Part shown: in pieces, positions 1-7,472 of the stretch
Numbering within the stretch: the stretch's first letter is position 1
Layout of the letters: every line of letters begins with the position of its first letter
Source: an uncultured virus (IMG/VR IMGVR_UViG_3300035698_010745)
Lineage: Duplodnaviria; Heunggongvirae; Uroviricota; Caudoviricetes
Strand: one strand, 5' to 3'
IMG/VR virus record: IMGVR_UViG_3300035698_010745
Length of the DNA stretch: 28,061 bases
Program-made: the position numbers and the translations under genes
Notes under the pieces: generated by a model
What the model was told of the DNA's origin: nothing
The model's input: only the letters and a program-made list of their open reading frames with translations
Database searches by the model: none

Positions 1-50
1 CGTTGAGGACATGAAGGATGGGGACGCGGGATGACGGTTAAAGAAATTGA

Positions 51-76
51 CAGAATCCTGGCTCGGCTATGCAATG
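51..76 (+). promoter_or_regulatory. CAGAAT-N14-GCAATG motif, putative phage promoter (copy 1)
   Basis: Exact bipartite motif with 14-nt spacer just upstream of an ORF; 11 copies in the window. Confidence 0.75.
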
Positions 77-86
77 TAGGTGTAGA

Positions 87-290
87 ATGGAGGCAGAGAT
101 GCTGAAGAGATACGCGATGGTTGTGATAGTTGAGGTTGAGGATGGCGTGAATGACTCCAAGGGCTCGGCTAAGAATGTCGAGCGGTACCTGCATCGCCTT
201 GTGGCGGAGAACATGGGGTCGCGGCATGACCGGGGACGGGGGATACCCCTCAAGGTAAAGGGTTCCCAGGTCGGCAAGGTGTTATTGTAA
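87..290 (+). CDS. hypothetical protein
   Basis: ORF downstream of the motif; start uncertain. Confidence 0.55.
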   Translation: MEAEMLKRYAMVVIVEVEDGVNDSKGSAKNVERYLHRLVAENMGSRHDRGRGIPLKVKGSQVGKVLL

Positions 291-367
291 TTTTTGAGGT
301 TCGCAGAGCGCAACCCCCTTGCCTTACTGAGCAAGCGAGGGGGCGGGGGACAACGGGTAGCAGGACG

Positions 368-490
368 ATGAAGGCCCTCAGACCCCCGGCCAGCCGGAAA
401 CGGCAGGTACACAAACGCAAGCTGGAAAAAGACACTGGCGGATTAGCTCCCCGCAAGGTAAGTCTTACCTCATTTTCGGAGAAAAGATGA
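368..490 (+). CDS. small basic hypothetical protein (40 aa)
   Basis: ATG after CAGGA; stop overlaps next start (ATGA); region is also hairpin-rich, so it may be non-coding. Confidence 0.35.
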   Translation: MKALRPPASRKRQVHKRKLEKDTGGLAPRKVSLTSFSEKR

Positions 491-981
491 ATCGCAAGGC
501 ATACATAGTAGACCGGCGCAGGGCGAGGGATTTTCCTGTAAATCCACGGGGATGCCATATTGTCTTGCAAGAGCCCACACACCACTACAAAGACGAGTTG
601 CCCTATGCCGGGTGGCACGATACCATTGTTATCGAGGCACACGACATCTGTCGCCCAGAAGAAGGGTATGTTCATTTCAATGCGGAAATGGCTTCTCGTC
701 TTGCCGATTTCTTGTTGAAGAATGACGGCAGGCCGATGCTGGTGAATTGTGACGGCGGGATTTCCCGGTCGACAGCGGTAGGGGCAACGCTTCGGGACCG
801 GTTCGGGTATGAGGTCGTGTTTGTGTCTGCCGGGGATGATTTGTTCAGGAACGTCTTGATATGCGTGACTCTTGCAAGGGAGTTCCGGTGGCGTGAGGAT
901 TTTTTGTCAGGCGGCGAGAACACGGGTCAAGCGGGTGAGGTGAGGTGCCCCGATAGTCCCGCGCCGGTTGGTTCGGCCTGA
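487..981 (+). CDS. protein-tyrosine/dual-specificity phosphatase-like protein
   Basis: CX5R P-loop LVNCDGGISRSTAV. Confidence 0.75.
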   Translation: MNRKAYIVDRRRARDFPVNPRGCHIVLQEPTHHYKDELPYAGWHDTIVIEAHDICRPEEGYVHFNAEMASRLADFLLKNDGRPMLVNCDGGISRSTAVGATLRDRFGYEVVFVSAGDDLFRNVLICVTLAREFRWREDFLSGGENTGQAGEVRCPDSPAPVGSA

Positions 982-1070
982 CTTTGCTTAACATTTTGGC
1001 AAGTATAATTTTGTCCACTTGATTCTGAGCGGCTGGTAGCATAAAAAGAGCTGAATTCTCTCGAATGTCT

Positions 1071-1096
1071 CAGAATCTCCGTACGCTCCCGCAATG
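1071..1096 (+). promoter_or_regulatory. CAGAAT-N14-GCAATG motif (copy 2)
   Basis: Exact motif in intergenic gap. Confidence 0.75.
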
Positions 1097-1133
1097 AATG
1101 GGTATGGGAGCAACAACACACACGGAGGACGCG

Positions 1134-1844
1134 ATGGACATACGAGAGATTGCTGGCAAGACCTACGTAATTGACGGCGACCAGTGGTACGACGAGAACC
1201 TCAACCCCCTCACCCGCAAAAGCACGACCTTCAAGGGTACGAGCTTTGCCGTGACCTTTACCCAGTTCGAAGAGTATGAAAACTACTTCGGGCGGTGCCT
1301 GATACTGGACATCACCGAGGAAAGCCTCACCGTGCGCTATATCCGGGCCGACAAGGCCCCGGTGCGGGATGGCCTTGTGGCAACCTACCCCGTAGCCGCG
1401 CAAGCCAAGACAGTAGCAAATGCGCAGCGTACGGAGAAGGCGGAGCTGGACCGGACGAACACTTACGACTTTACCGGAACCGATAGCGACTTCACGCTTT
1501 TGTGGATTGCCGAGAATGGCAAGATTGACGTAACATGCGCCCCGCACAGTGCAGACAACTTCCGGGCCTATTATCAGGCGACAGTGGGCCATTCGGCGGA
1601 TGACCACATTGGGGACGGGTTCAACCCGAACGGGCACACGGACCGGTGGGGCAACACTCTCCAGGTCCACATCCCGATGCCGGACGAGGACGGCTTGAAG
1701 GGGTTGACACTGCCCGAGGACGGTGTAAGGGTTGACGGTGGCACGATAATCGTGAGCAACAATGCTTACGTGCGTGGGTTGTTCCGCAAGGGTTTTGAGA
1801 TTGGCCACAATGTTGAGAATACGAAACTCCAGATGGCCAGCTAA
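1134..1844 (+). CDS. hypothetical protein
   Basis: Long ORF; GGAGG RBS before ATG 1134 (in-frame ATGs at 1098 and 1104 are alternatives). Confidence 0.8.
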   Translation: MDIREIAGKTYVIDGDQWYDENLNPLTRKSTTFKGTSFAVTFTQFEEYENYFGRCLILDITEESLTVRYIRADKAPVRDGLVATYPVAAQAKTVANAQRTEKAELDRTNTYDFTGTDSDFTLLWIAENGKIDVTCAPHSADNFRAYYQATVGHSADDHIGDGFNPNGHTDRWGNTLQVHIPMPDEDGLKGLTLPEDGVRVDGGTIIVSNNAYVRGLFRKGFEIGHNVENTKLQMAS

Positions 1845-1886
1845 GCGTATAATGGGTGGAGTGGGCACAAGAATAAAGGGGACAAC

Positions 1887-2117
1887 ATGAAGACGCGAAC
1901 GAAGGAAGAAGACCGGGCGAAAAAGGGAGCGGCCAAGAAGAAAGCGGCTGAGCGGAACTGCACAGGGGACAAGAAAAGCGCGTGTGGTTACAACCGGTTC
2001 AAGACGGTTGAGAAGAAGAACGGCGTTCGCCTCAAGGTGGCTTGCCGGAATTGCGGCACAGTCAGGGATGTGGTGGAATTCGAGAAGGCCAAAGCTGAGG
2101 TGGCAAAGGCCGCGTAA
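1887..2117 (+). CDS. small basic Cys-containing (zinc-ribbon-like) protein
   Basis: AAGGGG RBS; Lys/Arg-rich; four Cys including CRNC. Confidence 0.7.
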   Translation: MKTRTKEEDRAKKGAAKKKAAERNCTGDKKSACGYNRFKTVEKKNGVRLKVACRNCGTVRDVVEFEKAKAEVAKAA

Positions 2118-2123
2118 ACAACC

Positions 2124-2405
2124 ATGAAGAGCATAGCGACATACCGTGTAAAGATGGCACCCACGTGCTCCAAAGCGGAACTGAAGTTCCGTGAGGGCTC
2201 ACAAATCATCGACATTGAGCGGGACATGGGTGATGTGGTGTTCCGGGTAATCGAAGACCCGGAACGGCTCCAGGTGACTCGTACATTTCATCTGTGGGGT
2301 GTCATCCCCAAGGATGTAAGTGGATACACGTGGCTCAAGACCTTCCATCGGGGGTATACCCCCTCCATCGAGTACCTCTTCGAGGTGTCCAGTGGACGAG
2401 AATAA
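2124..2405 (+). CDS. hypothetical protein
   Basis: ORF packed in operon. Confidence 0.7.
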   Translation: MKSIATYRVKMAPTCSKAELKFREGSQIIDIERDMGDVVFRVIEDPERLQVTRTFHLWGVIPKDVSGYTWLKTFHRGYTPSIEYLFEVSSGRE

Positions 2406-2649
2406 GGTCCAACGGCTCAAGGACGCAGGCTATTCGGTTCGTCCGTGCTGTGTCCTGTGTACAGGCTACCGGAAAGGGGTAAAAACCCCCTTGTGGGGTA
2501 CTTGCCGCAAACACCTGTATCAACATGGCAAGCATACCGGAGAACCCCGTGAGGCCAGTGTGATGGCTTGTGGGTGGTGTTCATCGTTCGAATGGAGCCA
2601 GGCCGAGATGTCCAAACTTGGTCCTTACAAATGCCTTGTTGATGATTGA
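2392..2649 (+). CDS. Cys-rich hypothetical protein
   Basis: GTG start after GAGGTG; CxxC motifs. Confidence 0.65.
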   Translation: MDENKVQRLKDAGYSVRPCCVLCTGYRKGVKTPLWGTCRKHLYQHGKHTGEPREASVMACGWCSSFEWSQAEMSKLGPYKCLVDD

Positions 2650-2653
2650 TTTT

Positions 2654-2679
2654 CAGAATCCATGGGCGCTTGTGCAATG
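2654..2679 (+). promoter_or_regulatory. CAGAAT-N14-GCAATG motif (copy 3)
   Basis: Exact motif; ATG begins 7 nt after it. Confidence 0.75.
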
Positions 2680-2686
2680 AACGGGT

Positions 2687-2902
2687 ATGAAGAAAGTTGA
2701 AGGTGGACATATTCGGGATGGGATTACCGTAGCCAAGAGGTATCGGATGGAGAAAGCCTTGCTGCGGCTACACGTACAGATGCGTAGTGAGTTTCCCATG
2801 GGAAGGCCCAATGGCTTTCCGGGGCAAGAGACCAGGAGGTACGACCGGATAGACCAGGAAATTGAGACTCTTAAACTCAAACTCGGGCAGGGCGAGCGAT
2901 GA
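2687..2902 (+). CDS. hypothetical protein
   Basis: ORF directly after the motif, no SD. Confidence 0.65.
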   Translation: MKKVEGGHIRDGITVAKRYRMEKALLRLHVQMRSEFPMGRPNGFPGQETRRYDRIDQEIETLKLKLGQGER

Positions 2903-3066
2903 CCAAGCAGATGTCGAAAATAGCATTCAACAGGGGCAAGTGTGACGCGAAGTCCGATTTTGAGTGTGGGCGGCGAAACCGAGAATGGGTGTGCCAAGGG
3001 CAGTTGTTTTGCTTGCCAGCATGGAATCAACCCTATTGTGACGGGTACAAATCGTGGTGGAAGTAG
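2899..3066 (+). CDS. hypothetical protein (55 aa)
   Basis: ATGA overlap with upstream gene; fills the gap (MTKQMSKIAF...KSWWK). Confidence 0.55.
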   Translation: MTKQMSKIAFNRGKCDAKSDFECGRRNREWVCQGQLFCLPAWNQPYCDGYKSWWK

Positions 3067-3074
3067 GTGGAGTG

Positions 3075-3284
3075 ATGGCTACATCAGCAAACGTAACACA
3101 CTACGGCGTAAAGGTTGGCGACCACAGACAGCACCATTTGTGCAAGACGCATTGGGAAAAGCTGGACCGGTTTCAACCCGCAAGCGAGCACACTATTGCG
3201 TCGTTTTGGGCGGACGAGGACGAAGTGATACACGAAGGCGAGGTCCAATGTCTTGATAAGTTCCTAAAGGGGAGGGCAGGATGA
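3075..3284 (+). CDS. hypothetical protein
   Basis: Purine-rich RBS (AGGTGGAG); operon packing. Confidence 0.6.
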   Translation: MATSANVTHYGVKVGDHRQHHLCKTHWEKLDRFQPASEHTIASFWADEDEVIHEGEVQCLDKFLKGRAG

Positions 3285-3607
3285 AGCAGAAGGATACAGT
3301 GGATTTGGTGCCGGGCGACGTGGTTGACTGGGGCGACCAACTGGACAAAATCATCTCCGTGGAGAAGGGGACTGGCGTCTACAATTTCAAGGTGGAACGC
3401 ACGTTCCTGGATGACCGGGTAGAATCTCCCGTGAATGCTACTTTCTCGGCTGGTGTGCTGTCCGTACAGGACATCGCGGAGTTTTGCCCAGGTTGCGGCA
3501 GCATGGACACGGACACGAATCCCGTGGACATCTTGCCCGGCGAGTGCCCGGTGTGTATTTGCAGGCGGATACAGGCGGAAATTGATGCGGAAACGGTTGA
3601 TGCCTAA
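3281..3607 (+). CDS. hypothetical protein with C-terminal CxxC pairs
   Basis: GGAGG RBS; ATGA overlap. Confidence 0.7.
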   Translation: MKQKDTVDLVPGDVVDWGDQLDKIISVEKGTGVYNFKVERTFLDDRVESPVNATFSAGVLSVQDIAEFCPGCGSMDTDTNPVDILPGECPVCICRRIQAEIDAETVDA

Positions 3608-3830
3608 GATAACCCAGGAGTACGTGGACGAGAAGATTGAAGCCTACGATGTCGCTATCAACGCGCTGGTAGCACATGAGCCTGGCTCTGATTGTGACAA
3701 GGAGCTGGCGGCGATGCTCCGTGAGAAGCTGGCTAAAAAACTGAACAGAGAGTGCCAGCGGTGGTTCAACAAGTATGCAATGGAGGAAGACGATGATTCA
3801 AGTAATGATGGACCTGGAAACGATGGGTAA
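3600..3830 (+). CDS. hypothetical protein
   Basis: Overlapping start MPKITQEY... Confidence 0.6.
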   Translation: MPKITQEYVDEKIEAYDVAINALVAHEPGSDCDKELAAMLREKLAKKLNRECQRWFNKYAMEEDDDSSNDGPGNDG

Positions 3831-4335
3831 TAGTCACAACGCGGCTATTGTTGAAATTGCGGCGGTGAAGTTCGACCCGGCCAAGGGGTGTATCCTGGAC
3901 GACTTCGGCAGGAAGGTGGACCTGGAGAGTAGCATTGATATTGGACTTGAGGTGAACCCGGCCACCATTATCTGGTGGATGCAGCAGAGCGATGAAGCCC
4001 GGAAGAATGTGACGGACACGTCTGGGGCTATTACCATCAAGGAGGCCCTCGTGGACTTCGCGCAGTGGTATGGCCCGGATTTGCTGCCTATATGGGGCAA
4101 TGGGGTTGCCAGTGACAATGTCTGGATGAAGAGTGCTTTTGATAAGGCCGATTTGACGTGCCCGTGGACGCACAAGCAAGACCGGTGCTACCGGACCATC
4201 CGTGAGCTGTGCCCGCCGGACCTTCATACGCCGGACATCGGGACAAAGCACAAGGCGATGGACGATGCCATATTCCAGGCCACGCACCTGATGGCTATTC
4301 TCGGGACTTTGCCGTCTGGCAACGGATTGATGTAA
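3793..4335 (+). CDS. DEDDh 3'-5' exonuclease/exoribonuclease (DUF5051/RNase AS-like)
   Basis: MMDLETMG (ExoI), WGNG..SD (ExoII) and HKAMDDA (ExoIII) motifs; GGAGG RBS. Confidence 0.85.
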   Translation: MIQVMMDLETMGNSHNAAIVEIAAVKFDPAKGCILDDFGRKVDLESSIDIGLEVNPATIIWWMQQSDEARKNVTDTSGAITIKEALVDFAQWYGPDLLPIWGNGVASDNVWMKSAFDKADLTCPWTHKQDRCYRTIRELCPPDLHTPDIGTKHKAMDDAIFQATHLMAILGTLPSGNGLM

Positions 4336-4338
4336 TCT

Positions 4339-4364
4339 CAGAATCCTGGGGTGCCAGCGCAATG
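4339..4364 (+). promoter_or_regulatory. CAGAAT-N14-GCAATG motif (copy 4)
   Basis: Exact motif upstream of the tRNA operon. Confidence 0.7.
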
Positions 4365-4396
4365 ATGGACCAGGAGAAAAAAAGTTGAAAAAAAGG

Positions 4397-4426
4397 TTGC
4401 ACGGGTGAAGGGGCACGGAGTATAGT
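4397..4426 (+). promoter_or_regulatory. sigma70-type promoter of the tRNA operon
   Basis: TTGCAC-N18-TATAGT with upstream A-tracts (UP-element-like), just before tRNA-fMet. Confidence 0.65.
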
Positions 4427-4434
4427 CTTAATAC

Positions 4435-4511
4435 TGCGGGATGGAGCAGCCCGGTAGCTCGGGAGGTTCATAACCTCCAGGTCGTTGGTTCAAATCCAAC
4501 TCCCGCTACCA
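4435..4511 (+). tRNA. tRNA-fMet (CAT), initiator type
   Basis: Cloverleaf; 1:72 mismatch; initiator-like D arm TGGAGCAGCCCGGTAGCTCG; TTCAAAT T-loop; encoded CCA. Confidence 0.9.
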
Positions 4512-4519
4512 AGGAGAAG

Positions 4520-4612
4520 ATGAAAATGTTTGATGCACGGACAAGGACGAGAACGACAGGGCGCACCGGATGGACCGGTACGGCGTCCGGGGTCTGTTCT
4601 GTCCTCGTGTAA
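4520..4612 (+). CDS. attenuator leader peptide MKMFDARTRTRTTGRTGWTGTASGVCSVLV
   Basis: AGGAG RBS at 4512-4516; 15 consecutive Arg/Thr/Gly/Trp codons (4538-4582); followed by alternative hairpins and a terminator. Confidence 0.85.
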   Translation: MKMFDARTRTRTTGRTGWTGTASGVCSVLV

Positions 4613-4634
4613 AACCAAACGACAGAACGTAGAC

Positions 4635-4673
4635 GACCTCGGTTAGCCGAAAGGCCAATCGGGGTTTTTGTTT
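4635..4673 (+). terminator. intrinsic terminator (attenuator 3:4 hairpin)
   Basis: ACCTCGGTTAGCC-GAAA-GGCCAATCGGGGT stem (one mismatch) followed by TTTTGTTT. Confidence 0.85.
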
Positions 4674-4678
4674 GCCCG

Positions 4679-4698
4679 TCATAATTCTTTGATAATCG
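4679..4698 (+). promoter_or_regulatory. TCATAATTCTTTGATAwTCG motif upstream of HNH gene
   Basis: 19/20 identical to 7473-7492 (minus strand) upstream of the other tRNA-array endonuclease. Confidence 0.6.
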
Positions 4699-4741
4699 AA
4701 CCATTAGTGAGTGGTTACATTCACAAGGTGGAGGTTCGATT

Positions 4742-5389
4742 ATGAAAGATGGCAAGATGAGTAGGAGTGAGGCAGGGCGTCTTGGGTGGGAGAAATCCGA
4801 AGAAAAGAATAGGATAAGATATAAGAAGTTTAGGGATGAGTACGAGAAATGCCCAAAGATATGTGGGGATTGTGGAACCCCATTACCGTATGAAAAAAGA
4901 AGGCATCTCTTCTGCAATCATTCTTGTGCGGCAAAGAAAAACAACCAAGGAGTAAGAAGGAATGGGAGACAGCCGGGGAAGTGTTTGTATTGTGGCGAAA
5001 GGCTTCAGTTGTCGAGCAGAAAATTCTGTAACATCCAGTGCCAGAAGGAGCACTCTTACCAGGAATACATCAAAAAATGGTTGAGTGGCAAGGTCACGGG
5101 GCTGACAAATCACGGGCTTTCCATATCAAACCACATCAAGAGATGGCTCGTTGATACGTATGGGCGAGAGTGTTCGGTATGCGGTGGGACGGAATGGATG
5201 GGCGGGACAATGCCTCTTACGGTTGACCATGAGGACGGAAGTTACAAAAATAACAGACCTAAAAATCTTCGACTTGTTTGTGGGAATTGTGGGATGCAGT
5301 TGCCAACATTCGCTGGGAGAAATCGTGGAAATGGAAGACTGGCTAGAAAGCAGTGGGATGACAAATTGGCGGCAGTGATGTCGTCTTAA
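4742..5389 (+). CDS. HNH homing endonuclease with N-terminal zinc fingers
   Basis: CxxC..FCNxxC repeats; C-terminal CSVC...VDHEDG...NNRPKNLRLVCGNC; GGAGG RBS. Confidence 0.85.
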   Translation: MKDGKMSRSEAGRLGWEKSEEKNRIRYKKFRDEYEKCPKICGDCGTPLPYEKRRHLFCNHSCAAKKNNQGVRRNGRQPGKCLYCGERLQLSSRKFCNIQCQKEHSYQEYIKKWLSGKVTGLTNHGLSISNHIKRWLVDTYGRECSVCGGTEWMGGTMPLTVDHEDGSYKNNRPKNLRLVCGNCGMQLPTFAGRNRGNGRLARKQWDDKLAAVMSS

Positions 5390-5397
5390 ATTCAAAT

Positions 5398-5473
5398 GCC
5401 GGTGTAGCTCAGGTGGTAGAGCGCGATACTCGTAATATCGAAGTCACCCGTTCAAATCGGGTCTCCGGCTCCA
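5398..5473 (+). tRNA. tRNA-Thr (CGT)
   Basis: Anticodon arm CGATA-CTCGTAA-TATCG; CCA end. Confidence 0.92.
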
Positions 5474-5488
5474 GGTTGAAAATTGAAT

Positions 5489-5565
5489 AGGTCAGTAGCT
5501 CAATTAGGCAGAGCACCGGTCTCCAAAACCGGGGGTTGGGGGTTCAATTCCCTCCTGGCCTGCCA
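5489..5565 (+). tRNA. tRNA-Trp (CCA)
   Basis: CCGGT-CTCCAAA-ACCGG; G73; CCA end. Confidence 0.93.
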
Positions 5566-5599
5566 GTGACGCTCATTGAAAATAGAATATGAGAACAAT

Positions 5600-5642
5600 G
5601 CCGGGTGCCCAGAGGAAAACTGGGGCAAACCGCCCGGCTCCA
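5600..5642 (+). ncRNA. tRNA-like minihelix (acceptor stem, one hairpin, TCCA end)
   Basis: GCCGGGTG...CGCCCGGC-T-CCA with internal CCCAG/CTGGG hairpin, located between tRNA genes. Confidence 0.5.
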
Positions 5643-5643
5643 T

Positions 5644-5720
5644 GTGCCAGTAGCTCAGTTGGATAGAGCACTTCCCTCCGAAGGAAGGGGCCGCACGTTC
5701 GAACCGTGTCTGGCACACCA
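5644..5720 (+). tRNA. tRNA-Arg (CCG)
   Basis: CTTCC-CTCCGAA-GGAAG; A20; CCA end. Confidence 0.93.
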
Positions 5721-5727
5721 TTAAGAC

Positions 5728-5804
5728 GCCCCCATAGCTCAGTTGGTAGAGCAGCGCACCTGTAATGCGCAGGTCGACGGTTCGAATCCTGTCTGGGGGC
5801 TCCA
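5728..5804 (+). tRNA. tRNA-Thr (TGT), atypical C33
   Basis: GCGCA-CCTGTAA-TGCGC; Thr-type acceptor; CCA end. Confidence 0.85.
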
Positions 5805-5810
5805 CACAAT

Positions 5811-5886
5811 GCGACGGTAGCTCAGTTGGTAGAGCGCCACCTTGCCAAGGTGGGGGTCGAGAGTTCGAACCTCTTCCGTCGCTCCA
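5811..5886 (+). tRNA. tRNA-Gly (GCC)
   Basis: CCACC-TTGCCAA-GGTGG; U73; CCA end. Confidence 0.93.
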
Positions 5887-5888
5887 GT

Positions 5889-5964
5889 GCCGCTATAGCT
5901 CAGCCGGTAGAGCATCGCCTTGGTAAGGCGAAGGTCGTGAGTTCGATTCTCACTGGCGGCTCCA
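5889..5964 (+). tRNA. tRNA-Thr (GGT)
   Basis: TCGCC-TTGGTAA-GGCGA; CCA end. Confidence 0.93.
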
Positions 5965-6003
5965 AGGACGAGGTCAGGAGTTCGAACCTCCTTTCGGGCT
6001 CCA
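5965..6003 (+). pseudogene. 3' half of a tRNA (probably Thr-type)
   Basis: AGGACG-AGGTC-AGGAG-TTCGAAC-CTCCT-TTCGGGC-T-CCA; no 5' half seen. Confidence 0.75.
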
Positions 6004-6007
6004 GTAC

Positions 6008-6082
6008 GCGATGGTAGCTCAGTCAGGTAGAGCGACCTTCCCAAGGTCAATGTCACGAGTTCGATTCTCGTCCGTCGCTCCA
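6008..6082 (+). tRNA. tRNA-Gly (CCC), shortened anticodon stem
   Basis: GACC-TTCCCAA-GGTC directly abutting the D stem; CCA end. Confidence 0.8.
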
Positions 6083-6097
6083 AGTGTATAGTAGGGC

Positions 6098-6358
6098 ATG
6101 GGTACGAATGACGGCATACTGGCGAGGATTGCGTGTACAGCTTGCGGGTTTACGGATTATGTGACAGATGAACAATGGTGTAATGGGGCAGATGGGAAGG
6201 TCGGGCATACAAAGAGTGGTGTGTGGGCCTTCTCGTGGTGGAATGGCACACACACCGGGAACGCTTGTCTTTGTCCCAGGTGCAGGGAGCCGATGCCGGT
6301 CAAGCTGGAACCGGGACATTACGGCTTGGGTGTTACGTGGAATGAAATAGAATTTTAA
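6098..6358 (+). CDS. Cys-rich hypothetical protein within the tRNA array
   Basis: CTAC...CLCPRC; TATAGT-N5-ATG, no SD. Confidence 0.65.
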   Translation: MGTNDGILARIACTACGFTDYVTDEQWCNGADGKVGHTKSGVWAFSWWNGTHTGNACLCPRCREPMPVKLEPGHYGLGVTWNEIEF

Positions 6359-6359
6359 T

Positions 6360-6434
6360 GCGGCATAGGTGTTGTTGGTGGCACACGGGCCTTCCAAGCC
6401 TGTAGGACGAGTTCGAGCCTCGTATGCCGCACCA
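6360..6434 (+). tRNA. tRNA-Gly (TCC)
   Basis: CGGGC-CTTCCAA-GCCTG; A discriminator; CCA end. Confidence 0.88.
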
Positions 6435-6452
6435 GAAGGAAAGGAAGTGGCG

Positions 6453-6653
6453 ATGAATCCATCACATGTGATGTTTACGGACACCGACGGAGATGTCCAC
6501 GTGGCACCTCGTGAAGGCGTGAGGCTTGATAGCGATATCGGTAAAAATAGGTTATTCGTTACTGTTTGTGAGGAGGAAGAGTACGATATTTCCAAAGAGG
6601 AATTTGAAAGGATTACCCCTATCCTTACGGAAGCTCAGTTTATAGGGCCATAG
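6453..6653 (+). CDS. hypothetical protein (66 aa)
   Basis: AAGGA RBS; lies between tRNA genes. Confidence 0.6.
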   Translation: MNPSHVMFTDTDGDVHVAPREGVRLDSDIGKNRLFVTVCEEEEYDISKEEFERITPILTEAQFIGP

Positions 6654-6715
6654 TTCAACGGACAGAACAGAGGATTCCTAATCCTCAAATCTGGGTTCGA
6701 TTCCCAGTGGCCCTA
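6644..6715 (+). tRNA. tRNA-Arg (CCT), no encoded CCA
   Basis: GAGGA-TTCCTAA-TCCTC; 3' end duplicated at 7495-7514, where CCA follows. Confidence 0.88.
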
Positions 6716-6769
6716 GTTGGCGGATTCAGACCACCTCCACGCGGTGTCAATGGTAACAGGTAATGCTGG

Positions 6770-7456
6770 CTAAGAGTCTGATAAACGGGCATCAATGATG
6801 TCCTGAATGATTTTCAGGAACTTCATTGATGATTGTTCTTTGAAGTATTTTTGATGTGATGTGTCAATAGAACACAAACCGATGCCTGCTTCATGGCAGG
6901 CTGCAAACTTGCGCCTGTCGTTGTTTTGAACGGCATCTAGTTTGTCTTGCCCGTGAATTGGCTCGTAGTGGTAGATTCCATTGAGTTCAAAGGCAAGGTG
7001 AAGTGAGGGGATGAAAATATCGAGTTCGGACTGGATAGCATCCTTACGGTTGAAGTGAATTTCAAGGTCTGGATAGAGGGCAGTGAGTTGTTCTTCAAGC
7101 CACTTCTCCAGCTTGGAGCGTCGGGTACCATGCTTCTTGTGGAGATTGTTCCATCGCACGGAGCACGAACGATTGCAGAAATAGTTACCAGATTTTGATT
7201 TCTGGGAAGCGTATCTCCTTACTGGTTTGTTGCATTGCCTACAGGATGTGATTATGGCGGGGTGTTGGTAGAATCTTTCACACCGACTTGAACAGAAGCT
7301 GCCCGTTTCTCTGTTCCGGTTCGGATTTAGAATCATTTGGATTCGATGTTTGGAGATGCGGAATGGTTGCTGGCAGTGTTTGCATTTTAGTGGTAGCTTT
7401 TCACGAGATTTAGCAGCTTTGAATTCTTGGTCTGTATATAGTGGGTGCATGGTCAT
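6770..7456 (-). CDS. zinc-finger plus Vsr/DUF559-like (PD-(D/E)xK) putative homing endonuclease
   Basis: CxxC/FCSxxC repeats; ELDIFIPSLHLAFELNGIYHY; AGGAGG RBS on the minus strand. Confidence 0.8.
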   Translation of the reverse strand: MTMHPLYTDQEFKAAKSREKLPLKCKHCQQPFRISKHRIQMILNPNRNRETGSFCSSRCERFYQHPAIITSCRQCNKPVRRYASQKSKSGNYFCNRSCSVRWNNLHKKHGTRRSKLEKWLEEQLTALYPDLEIHFNRKDAIQSELDIFIPSLHLAFELNGIYHYEPIHGQDKLDAVQNNDRRKFAACHEAGIGLCSIDTSHQKYFKEQSSMKFLKIIQDIIDARLSDS

Positions 7457-7472
7457 CCTCCTACCTATAGAC

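Noticed and set aside
4520..4673. T-box riboswitch
   Set aside because: No T-box consensus (AATTAGGGTGGTACC-like) or stem I; the leader-peptide model fits better
5500..6083. ORFs overlapping the tRNA array
   Set aside because: They are translations of tRNA genes in either orientation
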